DNA of 48,372 nt, counting the filler, from Sphacelaria rigidula (Eukaryota): NCBI GenBank assembly GCA_964200075.2. It is 3 parts of 3 records of this genome, joined end to end, with 100 filler letters (N's around TTAATTAATTAA, not from the genome) between each part and the next. Parts side by side here need not be neighbours in the genome. Positions count along the whole stretch, not along the records: positions 16,160 to 32,216 come from CAXNAA020001499.1; positions 32,317 to 48,372 come from CAXNAA020001500.1; 1 more part is not named here. One strand, written 5' to 3'. Of this stretch, positions 23,218-33,832 are shown piece by piece. Every line of letters begins with the position of its first letter. The first letter of the stretch is position 1. A program made the translations under genes and the position numbers. The notes beneath the pieces are model-generated. The model was given only the letters and a program-made list of their open reading frames with translations. It did not search any database and was not told the DNA's origin.

Positions 23218-23318
23218 CCTTAGACCGTGGTGCGGGTAATCCATCTGGATTATGCATACTTTTTTCAAGCGAATATTGATGCCGATTCAGCAGGTGACCT
23301 ACCCTCGCGGTCAAAGGG
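23218..23318 (-). mobile_element. piggyBac-type ~100-bp MITE (family B), solo copy
   Basis: Reverse complement of the array unit; ends CCTTAGACCG…CGCGGTCAAAGGG. Confidence 0.85.
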
Positions 23319-23599
23319 TTAGGCTGGATACTGCGGATCCGTCACGCTGTGCAGTTCATGTATTGTACCCTTCACTTCCGAAAAAATAAATGCTCCCGTG
23401 CACGGTACTACCGTATGATGAGAAACCGCAGATAGTTATTCCCGCCGTGTTTCACAGTAATTTGCAAACACTCGTAACGCTCTCAATTTTAAGAAGTGGG
23501 CTGTCGAATGAAAAATACTGGCGCAGGAACGGTCAGAAATATAAGATGTGGGTGGATCCTTATTTCCCCCCATCCCCCTCATGGGCGCATATCATTTTT

Positions 23600-23880
23600 T
23601 ATGAACCAGTCAGGGCTCTCCGGGACTATTTTTTACGTGATCCCAGAGCAGCCGAAAAGCTCACTATGTGAACCATGCGTGTTTGGGAGTTCCCCACGGA
23701 AAATTCCAAGCCAGGAACGAGGCTCGAGAGGAGCAGGGTGACCACTATGAGAGCTGTGATTGGTCAGAATGGCCATCTGAGACGGAGTAAGATGGACTAC
23801 CTCGCGATCTAGCTGTATTTCCCATTTTGGTCACGAGTCATTAAACCATGGAAAACATGGACACAAACAACGTGCTTTTT
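23600..23880 (+). repeat. Dispersed repeat homologous to 30115-30360/30600-30630
   Basis: Shared AGAG.AGCCGAAAAGCTCAC…GTGTTTGG…TTCCC..GGAAAATT, CATTTTGGTCA…CATGG.CACAAA.AAC and CTCCGGGACTATTTT. Confidence 0.7.
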
Positions 23881-24477
23881 GCACTGCTCAGAAGAGAGCA
23901 ATGCGTGCACGAAACAGCTGCTCTAAACCCCAAATGTGGCATAGTCCATCTCAAGGCCTGTTTCAACCAAGCAGAAAAAGTGAGAACGCGCTGTGATGGT
24001 GAGAGCGATTCTAGCGTTTTTCGGTTTTTTCTTCTTTTTTCATCCTTCCAAATGGTTGCCCATCAGCTCTCGACTAATCGGAAGGACAAGAATAAAAAAA
24101 AAACATCCGAGCCACCGGAATCAACTTCACTCTCACGGCGCGTTCTCACTTTCCTTTTCTCGCTACAGCACGGCCTTAGTCCATCTCAGTGGGGTTCGCG
24201 GTCAAAAGGTTAAGCGATGACACTAGGATTTGTCATGATGTGAAAACGACTTGAAACATGTGCCGACGCGGCGCTCTTTACATCGGTTATTGGTCCCCAC
24301 ATCTACGCCCTGTTGAAGAAAAAAGCTGGACAACAAAATACAACCCGAATGCACCACACGCCGAGCGTCGAATAGGACAAGCAGATACCTGCGGCAAACG
24401 CTCACCATAATGGCTCCACGGCTCCATAGTCGCTCATGCCCATCTACGCGGAGCATTTTTGATTCACAAAATCCATT

Positions 24478-24698
24478 CAGTGGACCGCGAGAGCAGTTCA
24501 TCTGTTGAATTTAAATAATTTTCACTCTGTTGAATCGAAATAAATTTCACTCAAAAAAAGTATGCATGATCCAGGTGGACTACCCTCGCGGTCTAAGGAT
24601 CAACCCTGTGATCACCATGGTGGGCGATCTTGGTCTCAGTTACTTTCCAAGTGAACATGATGCCAATTCAACATATGACCCACCCTGGCGGTCAAAGG
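24478..24698. mobile_element. Two adjacent family-B piggyBac-type MITEs in opposite orientation
   Basis: GGACCGCGAG…AAAAAAAGTATGCATGATCCAGGTGGACTACCCTCGCGGTCTAAGG, then an inverted degenerate copy ending GCGGTCAAAGGG. Confidence 0.7.
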
Positions 24699-25308
24699 GT
24701 TGGAACGAAGAGCGGTGGCGCACGTAGCATCTACAAGAGAGGATGGGTCGTTGCCAACCTTCGCAGGGATTTTCGGTGTCGTCTCTGACGAAAACACTTC
24801 GCTTCGTCACTCAATTCAATTTCACCTCCACGGTTGCCCGGGTGGGTCATCTGGGATTTACACTTTTTGCGATTCCAAGTGAAAACGATGCCGACTAGAC
24901 ATCATAACCAAACCTGGAATTGAAGGGGTCCAACAGATTAGGCTCGTATCAACAAGCTGATGTTCGTTTGTGCCATCTCTTCACAGTAGCCCCTGCGGCT
25001 GAGACATTCATGTCGCCCTTCGGCAAAAACTGTGCGTTTGCGCATGTACCGATCGTGTGGTACTCTCCTTGTGGATGCTACCCGGGGGCGTAGTGCTGCA
25101 GTGGCCGATCAAGGCGCGAAGCGTACTCAGCATGATTATTCCGAGAAGCTTGACGTTTCTGTCCCCATCGGTACGACAAAGCAGAAACTTGGGCACGTGT
25201 ATCATGTGAGCTCGGCTGGATTTATGGCGAATTAGTTCATGTGAAAAGACCGATAGACTGATCATCGATCAAGCACTTCCTGTAATTAGCCAGGGTACAA
25301 GACGTCAA

Positions 25309-25641
25309 TCGCCCCGGTGGCTCAGTTGGTAACCTCGAAACCTTCTGACGGTTGGGAAATGGGCTTGACTCTCCGTGAAGTAGCACGATCTGGATATTGT
25401 TTCTCACACCGTGCTCAGCAGTGTAGAGCGATCATGCCGTGGCTACACAAATTTTGACGTCACGATCGACAAGGGAAGGGGACCATTGACACCTTCTCAC
25501 GATGAAAAAAGTGAGGCAAGCACCACAGAAGGAAGGTGGATTGCTGAAACAAAACAAAACAAAAATCCCGTGTTGACCTTCCTGTGTGGCCGGGGCTGGT
25601 GCGCCCACATATACCGAAAGGTGTACACTGGCGTCCAGAAT
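25309..25641 (+). mobile_element. tRNA-derived SINE family A
   Basis: TCGCCCCGGTGGCTCAGTTGGTAACCTCGAAACCTTCTGACGGTTGGG head; body ends GCCCACATATACCGAAAGGTGTACACTGGCGTCCAGAAT. Confidence 0.85.
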
Positions 25642-25769
25642 CAGGAGCAATTCCAAAGTACGAGCAGTTCAACGTAATGCTCCGCTCCTTCTCGTAGTGG
25701 CGTGTAATGGTTGGAACGCTACGAGCCTTCGCACAAATAGGAACGACTTGGTCGGTGTGCATCGGAAAT

Positions 25770-27240
25770 GGTTGCGACTTGACCGGGGTGTTGTATTGTT
25801 TTTTGTCGCACTTTGAACCTGTCCCCTTCCTCGAGACGAGTCCCTGGGCTCAAGGGATCCTCCCATCTCTCCCCCGGTATACGCCTTGCATTTCGGTCAC
25901 GCGGATTGGGTCATGACTATCAGCACTCCCGCACCGGGTCAACTCACGTCAAACAAACTCAGTCGACCACATTGTTTACTCACGTTTTCACGCTATCCAC
26001 GGTGGAAATCAGAAAAAAGGAAGAAAAACTCAAAGCATCGGGAATCGAACCCTCCAAGGGCAGGTCCAGTAGACTATACTCATTACTCCGGATTTTCGAA
26101 TAGTCATACTTTCGGTACTCAAACTTTGAGTACAGTATTTGAGGTTGTACCCAATCTACTCAATTTTTGGAGTAGGGTATTTGAGATCATACGCGATCTA
26201 CTCAAAATTTGAGTAGAGTATTTGAGGCCGTACTTGACACGGTGCACACATGTCCGTCGGTTCTGTACACGTGGGCCGCCTCTACAAAGCGGACCGTCGG
26301 AGCCTTTTTTGGGGTCAGGTCTGTCACTCCTGATCCCGTCGCGCCTTCTCCTGTTCCTTCCTCTGGCGATTGTTCCGATATTTCCGCGTCTTGCACTGTT
26401 TCCACCGCTGACTCTCCCGTGGAGGAGTCACATGTGTTGCCAGTAGAGTTGCTCATTTTGATAATACCTACTCGATTACTCAATGATGATGAGTAGCGCT
26501 CTGTACTAAAAGTGATATCGAAGGCGTTGCGAGGTATCGAGTTTGTACTGCCGTGGGTGGGGGCTGGTAAGATGCGGCGCTGGGGCAGGTAGGTTCACTA
26601 TTCATTCACCTGCACGCTTTTTTCTTTTGGCCATCATTCGCTCATACTCCTTGTAGCCTATAACGTAACGCCCCCATATAATTGATCGCCATGGTTCGCC
26701 CATGTATTCAACGTAGTCTGTGAAGTGACGTCACGAAGGCGCCGACGGTCACGGATATACTCACCATACCCAAGTGATACTCTATACTCAATTTTTACCG
26801 AGAGTGCTTACTCCATATTTGAGTGGAGTATTTGACGTCGTACTCGACCTACTCAAAAATTAAGTAGTGTGTGTGAGGCCGTACTCGACCTCCTCAAATT
26901 TTGAGGAGAGTATTGAGGTCATACTCAAGTATTACTGAGTGCTTAATCGATATTTGAGTAGAGTATTGAGGTCATATCTAAGTGATACTCTATTCTCAAG
27001 TATTACTGAGAGTGCTTACTCAATATTTGAGTAGAGTATTTGAGGTCGTACTCGATCTACTCAAAATTTGAGCAGAGAATTTGAGGCCATGCTCGACGTA
27101 CTCAAATTTTGAGCAGAGTACATACTCGAGTATTTTACTCGAGTACTCAAAAGTACATACTCTACTCGACCTGCCCTTGGAACCCTCGTTCTCTCCACCC
27201 TGATGGCGACAGTCGGGTCATTGCACCACCGGGGCGCGGC
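25770..27240 (-). mobile_element. Second tRNA-derived SINE (family C), split by the 26055-27179 insertion
   Basis: Removing the insertion and one TSD restores GCGCCCCGGTGGTGCAATGA…GAGGGTTCGATTCCCG (A-box plus B-box) on the - strand. The 3' end is approximate. Confidence 0.65.
26055..27179 (-). mobile_element. Non-autonomous hAT/P-type DNA transposon with 8-bp TSD GAACCCTC
   Basis: TIRs CAAGGGCAGGTC…/…GACCTGCCCTTG; GAACCCTC at 26047-26054 and 27180-27187; subterminal TACTCAA/TTGAGTA arrays; internal ORF remnant MSNSTG…KKAPTVRFVEAAHVYRTDGHVCTV. Confidence 0.88.
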
Positions 27241-27261
27241 GGCATTTTGTTGAAGGGGCAA

Positions 27262-27264
<3 letters not shown>

Positions 27265-27302
<38 letters not shown>

Positions 27303-27643
27303 GTCGTCCAATCTTTTCTGGACGCCTCTCTGCACCTTTCGGTATATGTGGGCACATCAGCTGCGGTCACAGGAGGAAGGTCAACACAGGAGTTTTTCGC
27401 TTCTTGTTTGTTTTTAGTACTCCACCTTCCTTCTGCGGTGCTTGCATTTTTACTTTTTATGGCGAGAGGGGTTCAGCAGTCCTTTTCCTTCGTCGACCGT
27501 GAAGTCGAATTTCGCGTACCCACGACATAGTCGCTCTCCACAGTTAGGCATAGTGTGAGAAAAATCCCAGATCACTCCGAGATTTGAACCCACGACCCAA
27601 CCATCAGAAAGTGTCGAGGTTACCAACTAAGCCACCGGGGCGA
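27265..27643 (-). mobile_element. tRNA-derived SINE family A, full length with (CA)n tail
   Basis: - strand TCGCCCCGGTGGCTTAGTTGG…GGGTTCAAATC…; ends GGACGACAA followed by (CA)18. Confidence 0.88.
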
Positions 27644-27728
27644 ATATAGTAAACGGAATCATGTTGACGTCACTGTAGATACGGTGTGCATCAACACCCT
27701 CCCTGAACACCCCAAGATTCCGTCTTGA

Positions 27729-28495
27729 CCGTTAGACCGCGAGGGTAGATCACCTGCTGAATCGGCGTCAATTTTCACTCGAAAAAGGTATGAGTATAAT
27801 CCACATGGACTACCCGCCCCGCGATCGAAGGGTTAACCCTTTGACCGCGACGGTAGGTCACCTGCTGAATCGGCATTAATTTCAATTCAAAAATGTATTG
27901 TGATCCAGATGGACTACCCGCATCGCGTTCCAAGGGTTGACCCTCAGACAGCGAAAGTAGGTAATCTATTGAACCGGCATCAACTTCAATTGAAAAAAGT
28001 ATAAATCATGCGGATGGACTCATCTCCCGGTCCAAGGGTTATAACCCTTAGGCTGCGAGGGTAGGTCACCTGCTGCATCGGCATCAATTTTCACTCGAAA
28101 AAAGTATGCGTGATCCGGATGGACTACCCGCACCGCGGTCCAAGGGTTAACCGTTCGACCGCCAGGGTACGTCACTTGCTTAATCGGCATCAACATTCAC
28201 TTGAAAAAAGAATGCACAACCCATATGGACTACCCCCACCGCGGTCGAAGGGTTAACCCTAAGACAGCGAACGTAGTCCATCTGGACCATGCATACTTTT
28301 TTCAAGAGAAATCGATGCCCCGATTCAACAGATGATCTACTCTCGCTGTCCAAGTGTCAACACTTGGACAGCGAGAGTAGATCATCTGTTGAGCCCTTGG
28401 ACAGCGAGAGTAGGTCACCTGTTGAATCGGCATCAATTTCACTTGAAAAAAGTGTGCATCATCCAGGAAGACTAACCTCGCGGTCTAGGGGTTAA
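27729..28495. mobile_element. Stack of seven ~100-bp piggyBac-type MITEs plus one partial copy, joined at TTAA-like sites
   Basis: Units have CCCTT.GAC.GCG…CGCGGTC.AAGGG ends. Junctions: TTAA (27833), TTGA (27937), TTATAA (28039), TTAA (28147), TTAA (28253), TCAA (28357), terminal TTAA (28492). The unit at 28257-28356 is inverted. Confidence 0.88.
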
Positions 28496-28649
28496 CTGGA
28501 GAACAAAAAGAATTCACTGTACCGTGATGATGAGTATATGCGAATGGCGAATAGCTCATGCGTGGCAACCATTTTACGCTCCATTTCGTATTCTCATGGG
28601 AATGTTCTTCCGTTTTCACGAAAATTAATTCACAATTAATTTATTTTCG

Positions 28650-28997
28650 TAGCCGGTCGCCCCGGCGGCTCACTCGGTAACCTCGAAACCGTCTCATGGT
28701 TGGGACGTGGGCTCAAATCTTGGTGGAGTCATACGATCTGGGACTTCTTCTCACATTGTGCCCAACAGTGGGGAGCGACGATGGCGTGGGTACACAAAGT
28801 TCGACGGCGTTGGTATACGGAGTTCGACTTCACCCTTTCATGGCGAGTATGCGACGTGGGTCATCTGTTGAATCAGCATTGAGTCAACTTGAAAAAAGTA
28901 TGCGGGCAAGGGGTTGATGGTCGACGAGGGCAAGGGACGGCTGAACCCTTCTGCGATTCAAAGAAGGGCAAGCACCGCAGGAGGAAGGTGGAGTACA
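28650..28997 (+). mobile_element. SINE family A copy interrupted by a degenerate family-B MITE (~28834-28913)
   Basis: SINE head TAGCCGGTCGCCCCGGCGGCTCAC. The body breaks at GTTCGACTTCA|CCC…AAAAAAGTATGC…GGG|TTGA and resumes TGGTCGACGAGGG. Confidence 0.8.
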
Positions 28998-30003
28998 ATT
29001 CAACCCTTTGGAGCCGGGCTTCCAGAACGACCACTGAGGCTGGTTAGGAATGACGTGTCTGGCGTCTGCACGAAACAGTGGCTTACATGTCGCTGAACCC
29101 GCGTATGTAACCGCAGGCTTTTGAGGAAGACCGAAAGTTTTTGACAATCTTTTCAGGTGCAGGGTGCGCATTAGGTAGTGATGTACATCTCATGTAGCAA
29201 GCAGTATGGGTCGCCGTGGAGAGCTTTCAACAGGATGCGGCGACCGTCGGGCCGCCCGCCACTTGTAGCTTTGGATGATATGATTGTCCCCATCACCTTG
29301 CCACACAGCCCTTTGTGGTAGGGGTGGGCCGCGATTTTCCTCTTTGTTGCAAGCGACAACTTCTCTTCGAAGGGTTTAAGCGCTGCGGCGCGCACACATA
29401 CCGTACAGTACAGTGCAGTACGCCTCTCCGACTGCAGCAGCAGCAGTTGCCGCTGCATACTCCCTTGCACGTTCTGGGCAGTTCTCAGCTACGGAGATCA
29501 GCTGCCTATACACCGCTTCTTCATCTCCGCCCACTACATACATGTTTACTGCACACTGCAAGGCATCGGCAGAGGAATCGGCAGAATTCATGACGACAGC
29601 TCCTTTCGTATTTCTACCGCCCACCTGGCTTTAGTGCCCCGTGAAAAAGACCACATTGTAGCATGTATACTCCTTTCCGGTTCTTCCTCTCCACCCTGTC
29701 TTGGTCTAATCACTACGTTTTAGTACAGGCTGGGAAATGCAAGTAATACGAGAAGCCATTCCCCGGGCATCCGGGATTTGCATGCCTGGGAAGGCTTATC
29801 TGGGCCAGGGATTGGGCCCCCACAGGATTTCTGCAGTGACATCACACTCGGTAACCGTCCCGGCGCTGGTCGTTCGGATCTGGTTGATAAATTTCGCCTC
29901 ACCGTGATCGGACAGGTCGCTCCCTGACATATATATATATTTTTTGTTTCACTGTCACACGGTCAACCCCGTGATAGTAGGGGGTTGGTCACAAAAGGGT
30001 TAA

Positions 30004-30630
30004 ACCTTAGACAGCGAACGCCGCCTCGGAACAGTTTCACAGGCTGACAGTCCGGAGACATGCGGGGGTTTCCAGTGGCCGGGGTGTGTGGTTTTCGAGG
30101 GGGGGGGGGGCTGTCCGCAGAGGAGCCGAAAAGCTCACCAAGTCAACCACGAGTGTTTGGAACTTTCCCGCGGAAAATTATGAGCCGTGCCCGAGGCCCG
30201 AGAGGCGCGGGATGCTCATTTTGACCAATCACGGTCGTCAAAATGAGCACGTTCTTCCGGTTCGGATAGACTACATTGGACTAATTCGCTGTCTACCCCC
30301 CACGGCTCATTTTGGTCATGGGAAATCAACTATAGATTGCATGGGCACAAATAACTTGTTCCGTATTCTGCTTGTGGCCCACGCCGCCTGCCTGACCCCT
30401 CATGTGCTGCCAGCATAGCTTCACACTGTCTGCAGTAATGTTGTTGAGCACCAGGCAGAGGCACCAGCAGCATGCAGTAAATTGTGTTCAGTGGAGAGCA
30501 ATAGCATGCTTCTACTGTCTCTTGCCGTTGTATCCAGTGAAGACACACACCACACATATATACTGACTCTGCACGCAATTGGCTGCAGGGTCAAATCTGG
30601 TCGGGGATTCTCCGGGACTATTTTCTATAT
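30004..30630 (-). mobile_element. Larger piggyBac-like element remnant with a possible Cys-rich transposase C-terminus
   Basis: Begins TTAA-ACCTTAGACAGCGAACG (same end type as family B). The - strand at ~30450-30590 reads CSQLRAESVYMCGVC…ACYCSPLNTIYC. Confidence 0.4.
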
Positions 30631-30834
30631 AGATGACAAATATCCACATAATCACGAAAAAGGCGTTTTGTGTTGTGACAGGAATTACTCTGAACCCCAC
30701 AAGTGGCATAGTCCAAATCAGTCAATCTGCGCGCGGGGGGGTCGCTTTTAGAGGGTTGTCAACAAAAAATTGAAAACTCAGGTGTTAACCTTCATCCTGT
30801 GTGACCGCGGCTGGTGCACCAAAATATACTTGAC

Positions 30835-30935
30835 CCTTAGGCCGCGCGGGTAGGTCACCTGATGAATCGGCATCAATTTTTATTTGAAAGAGGTACGCGT
30901 GATCCAGATGGACTATCCGCACCGGGGTCTAGGGG
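30835..30935 (+). mobile_element. Family-B piggyBac-type MITE
   Basis: TTGA-CCCTTAGGCCGCG…GGTCACCTGATGAATCGGCATCAA…GATCCAGATGGACTA…GGTCTAGGGG-TCAA. Confidence 0.85.
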
Positions 30936-31069
30936 TCAACGGTGTAGGCTGGCGTCCAGAATAGAAAGGATGACAACCCCCCTACACACGTGAGAATGAT
31001 AACGGGAATGCGAAACGGGTCGTAAAGTGGTTGCCACGCGTGAGCTGTTTGCCATGTCCCTCCATCGCA

Positions 31070-31420
31070 GTGTGGTTTGTGTTGTCGTCTCGTCTATTCT
31101 GGACGCTACACCTTTGGGTATATGTGGGCGCACCAGCCGGGGTCACAGAGGAGGAGGGCCGACACAGGTTTTTTTTTTATTTGCTTGTTTTAGTTCTTCA
31201 TCTCCCTTCTGCAGCATTTGCCCTTCTTTTTTATCGCTAGAGGGGTTCAGCAGTCGCTTTTCCCTCCTCGACCATCAAGTAAAATATTGTGTACCCACGA
31301 CATCTTCTCTACTGTTGGGCATTGTGAGAAAATATCCCAGATCGCTCCGAGATTCGAACCCACGACTCAACCGTCGGAAGGTTTCGAGGTTACTAACTGA
31401 GCCACCGAGGCGACCAGCTA
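31070..31420 (-). mobile_element. tRNA-derived SINE family A, full length
   Basis: - strand TGGCTCAGTTAG (A-box) and GGTTCGAATC (B-box), full body and ACAACAC tail. A separate + strand 3' fragment lies at ~30941-30990. Confidence 0.88.
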
Positions 31421-32216
31421 CAGGGAGTCCTCGAAACCGTTTTTTTCTTCTCCCGTCAAGACCGGGCCTATGCGTCGGTTACGGTTTGTCGACATATCCC
31501 GCCCACGAGCTGGGCCAGCCTACAAGCGGATCTACACGTTGGAAGCGGATTCTCACCCCCAATTTTTAGCGTTACAACATGAAATTCGTCATGGAGAATC
31601 GGCACCAGAGTAAAAATAGTACCTTCTCTACTTCGAGATTTGTTTCATTTTTTCATGAGTCAATGGCAAAAAAAACAAGATTTAATCTCCACCAAAACGT
31701 CCCCAACTTATGAAAAAAATCAGGATGGCAAATTAATTCTTGTATCATGCCCTAGCGATGTTCCTTCCTAATTCTAGATTGCAACTCTAAAAATTACGTC
31801 TCATCATGTGACCACGGCTGGACCCCAGGGGGGGTCAATTGAAGAGCGACAATCAAAATCAAAATTATCAAAATAAAAGTTGATGTGGGAATTCCAAGTG
31901 TACAGCCTGGATTGGTCGAGATTCGGAACAGTATTTTGTAGGCCATACACCAGCCCAGTTCATGATGCTTACGCTCACATTTTGTGTGGAGAATTGCAAG
32001 GGCATACTGACGGAATAAGGCCGCTTCTTATAAACTTGAAAATTTCCCTGAGAAGAGTCATTTTGGTCAGTCTCCAGAGACTTTTTTCAGAACGCGACCT
32101 TATAGGGCCATTTGAAATGAAAAAAGCCTCTGGAAATTGGCCACAAATCGCAGACAGCGGGATTTTGCGAAATCTCTCTGCGAATCGCCATCGATTCGTA
32201 GAGACTTTTCTCAGTC

Positions 32217-32316
32217 NNNNNNNNNNNNNNNNNNNNNNNNNNNNNNNNNNNNNNNNNNNNTTAATTAATTAANNNNNNNNNNNNNNNNNNNNNNNNNNNN
32301 NNNNNNNNNNNNNNNN
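32217..32316. other. Artificial contig-joining spacer (N44-TTAATTAATTAA-N44)
   Basis: Identical to 16060-16159. Confidence 0.95.
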
Positions 32317-32473
32317 ACCAGTCTCTCGAGAGTTTGGTAATCGCCTAGCGGGGACACACAAAGGGCACGGGCGAGGAGCTTCCACTCTGTCGTTGCTTCT
32401 CTCTCTGGTAATATCGTCATCGACACGCGTGTACACCGCATTTCGTTGGGTGCAGCTAGCCAGAGTCGCTTAA

Positions 32474-32577
32474 CCCTTGGACCGCGGTGCCCGTAGTCCA
32501 TGTGGACCACGCGTGTACTTTTTCCAAGTGAATATTGATGTCGATTCAGCAGGTGACCTACTCTCGCGGTCTGACGG
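32474..32577 (-). mobile_element. Family-B piggyBac-type MITE
   Basis: TTAA-CCCTTGGACCGCGG…GATTCAGCAGGTGACCTACTCTCGCGGTCTGACGG-TCAA. Confidence 0.85.
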
Positions 32578-32721
32578 TCAAGTCCTCCTGCGGAATTTGG
32601 GGGGGAAGATACTTTCGCTCTGTGTTACTCTTTCGTACCTTCCCTGCAATAATAGAGAAATGGGAATTCAACCTCATTTTTTGTTTCAACCCCAAAAATT
32701 AGGATCGGCTGTTAATTTAGT

Positions 32722-32890
32722 CCATCTAGGGCCTCCGCTCGTAATATATCGATTTTAGTATCAAAACTTATGTGCGCCACATCTCGAGATACATCACGAA
32801 ATAGGTGAAGGTGAGGGTATGTATCGTCTCCCCGTGCTCCACGGAAGGTCCACACAAAAAATCGCATTCATCCGCAGAATGTATCGTTTG
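32722..32890 (+). repeat. Dispersed repeat, copy 2 (homologous to 8052-8219)
   Basis: See copy 1. Confidence 0.8.
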
Positions 32891-33832
32891 AGCATGCCCA
32901 TGAAATGGGATTCCGGGCACCCAAGAACGCCCCCTCTACACTCCCTCTGAGTCATGCTACGATAGGTGGGGGGTACTTTGGGCCATTTCTTACACGAAAT
33001 TCCACTTCAAATCTTCGTTGAAAGCAGCAACGGAACGGTCATTCAAGAGTGCTTATTACCGATAAATAACGCTCATTTTAATACCGATCGACTCCGTTTT
33101 CACCCAGTATTTACAAGCCCTGCGAGTGTGATAAATCGTCTGACACACATAAGAGTCCCTTTTCTCGTGGAAGCAAATACCCCCCCCTCCTATATCGTAG
33201 CATGGATCCTTTTCGGTGTTTTTGGTGATGATGAGTGATGACGCGATACCTCTCCCCCGAACCAGTGCCAAAGCAACCACGAAGAGGGCATTAGCCATAA
33301 AGCGCATGATGGCCGGTTTCAGACGTCATGAAGTCCCCCATGTGTATAGGCGACTTTGATTGACGAAAACGACCCCGACGATACACGGAATGAACGTTCT
33401 TTTTCAACCAAGTATTACCCACATTCTCTTTATTATGAACCTCTTGGGGGGGGGGGGGGGGGGGGGAGAAAGGGGCGAAAAACGCAACCGAACCCCCCCC
33501 CCCCCCCCCCCCCCAACGGAATCCACTACTTATAANNNNNNNNNNAAGTATTTCTCTTTTTTTTATTTTCCACTCCTCCCCCTACTTTTTCTTTTATGTC
33601 GGGGGGGGGGGGGGGGGGGGGGGGGGGGGCGAAGAAGGGCGAAGACAAGACGCCTTCCCCCCCCCCCTTCCCCCCAAACGCGATACGAATACCCTGTACA
33701 AACTGGCCCATTATATACCACGTTCCGTACAAAAGAGGGGCTAGGTCAAAGGAGTGTTCCCCTTGATGAGGGGGGTGGGCGGTGGCGTATGATCCACGCA
33801 CCCCCTGATACGCAGATATAGCAAAAACAAAA

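Noticed and set aside
25309..25385. Functional tRNA genes (also 9850, 27570-27643, 28657, 31345-31420)
   Set aside because: No complete acceptor stem, and each continues into a shared ~270-bp body: these are SINE heads.
27729..28495. CRISPR-like array
   Set aside because: Whole ~100-bp units are homologous with no unique spacers, one is inverted, solo copies are dispersed, and there are no cas genes.
29100..29630. GC-rich coding-like patch on the - strand
   Set aside because: Interrupted by frameshifts and stops with no identifiable domain; may be decayed TE or pseudogene sequence.
33440..33680. Poly-G/poly-C tracts as a G-quadruplex or poly-Gly/Pro ORF
   Set aside because: Homopolymers flank a 10-N gap and look like low-quality sequence.
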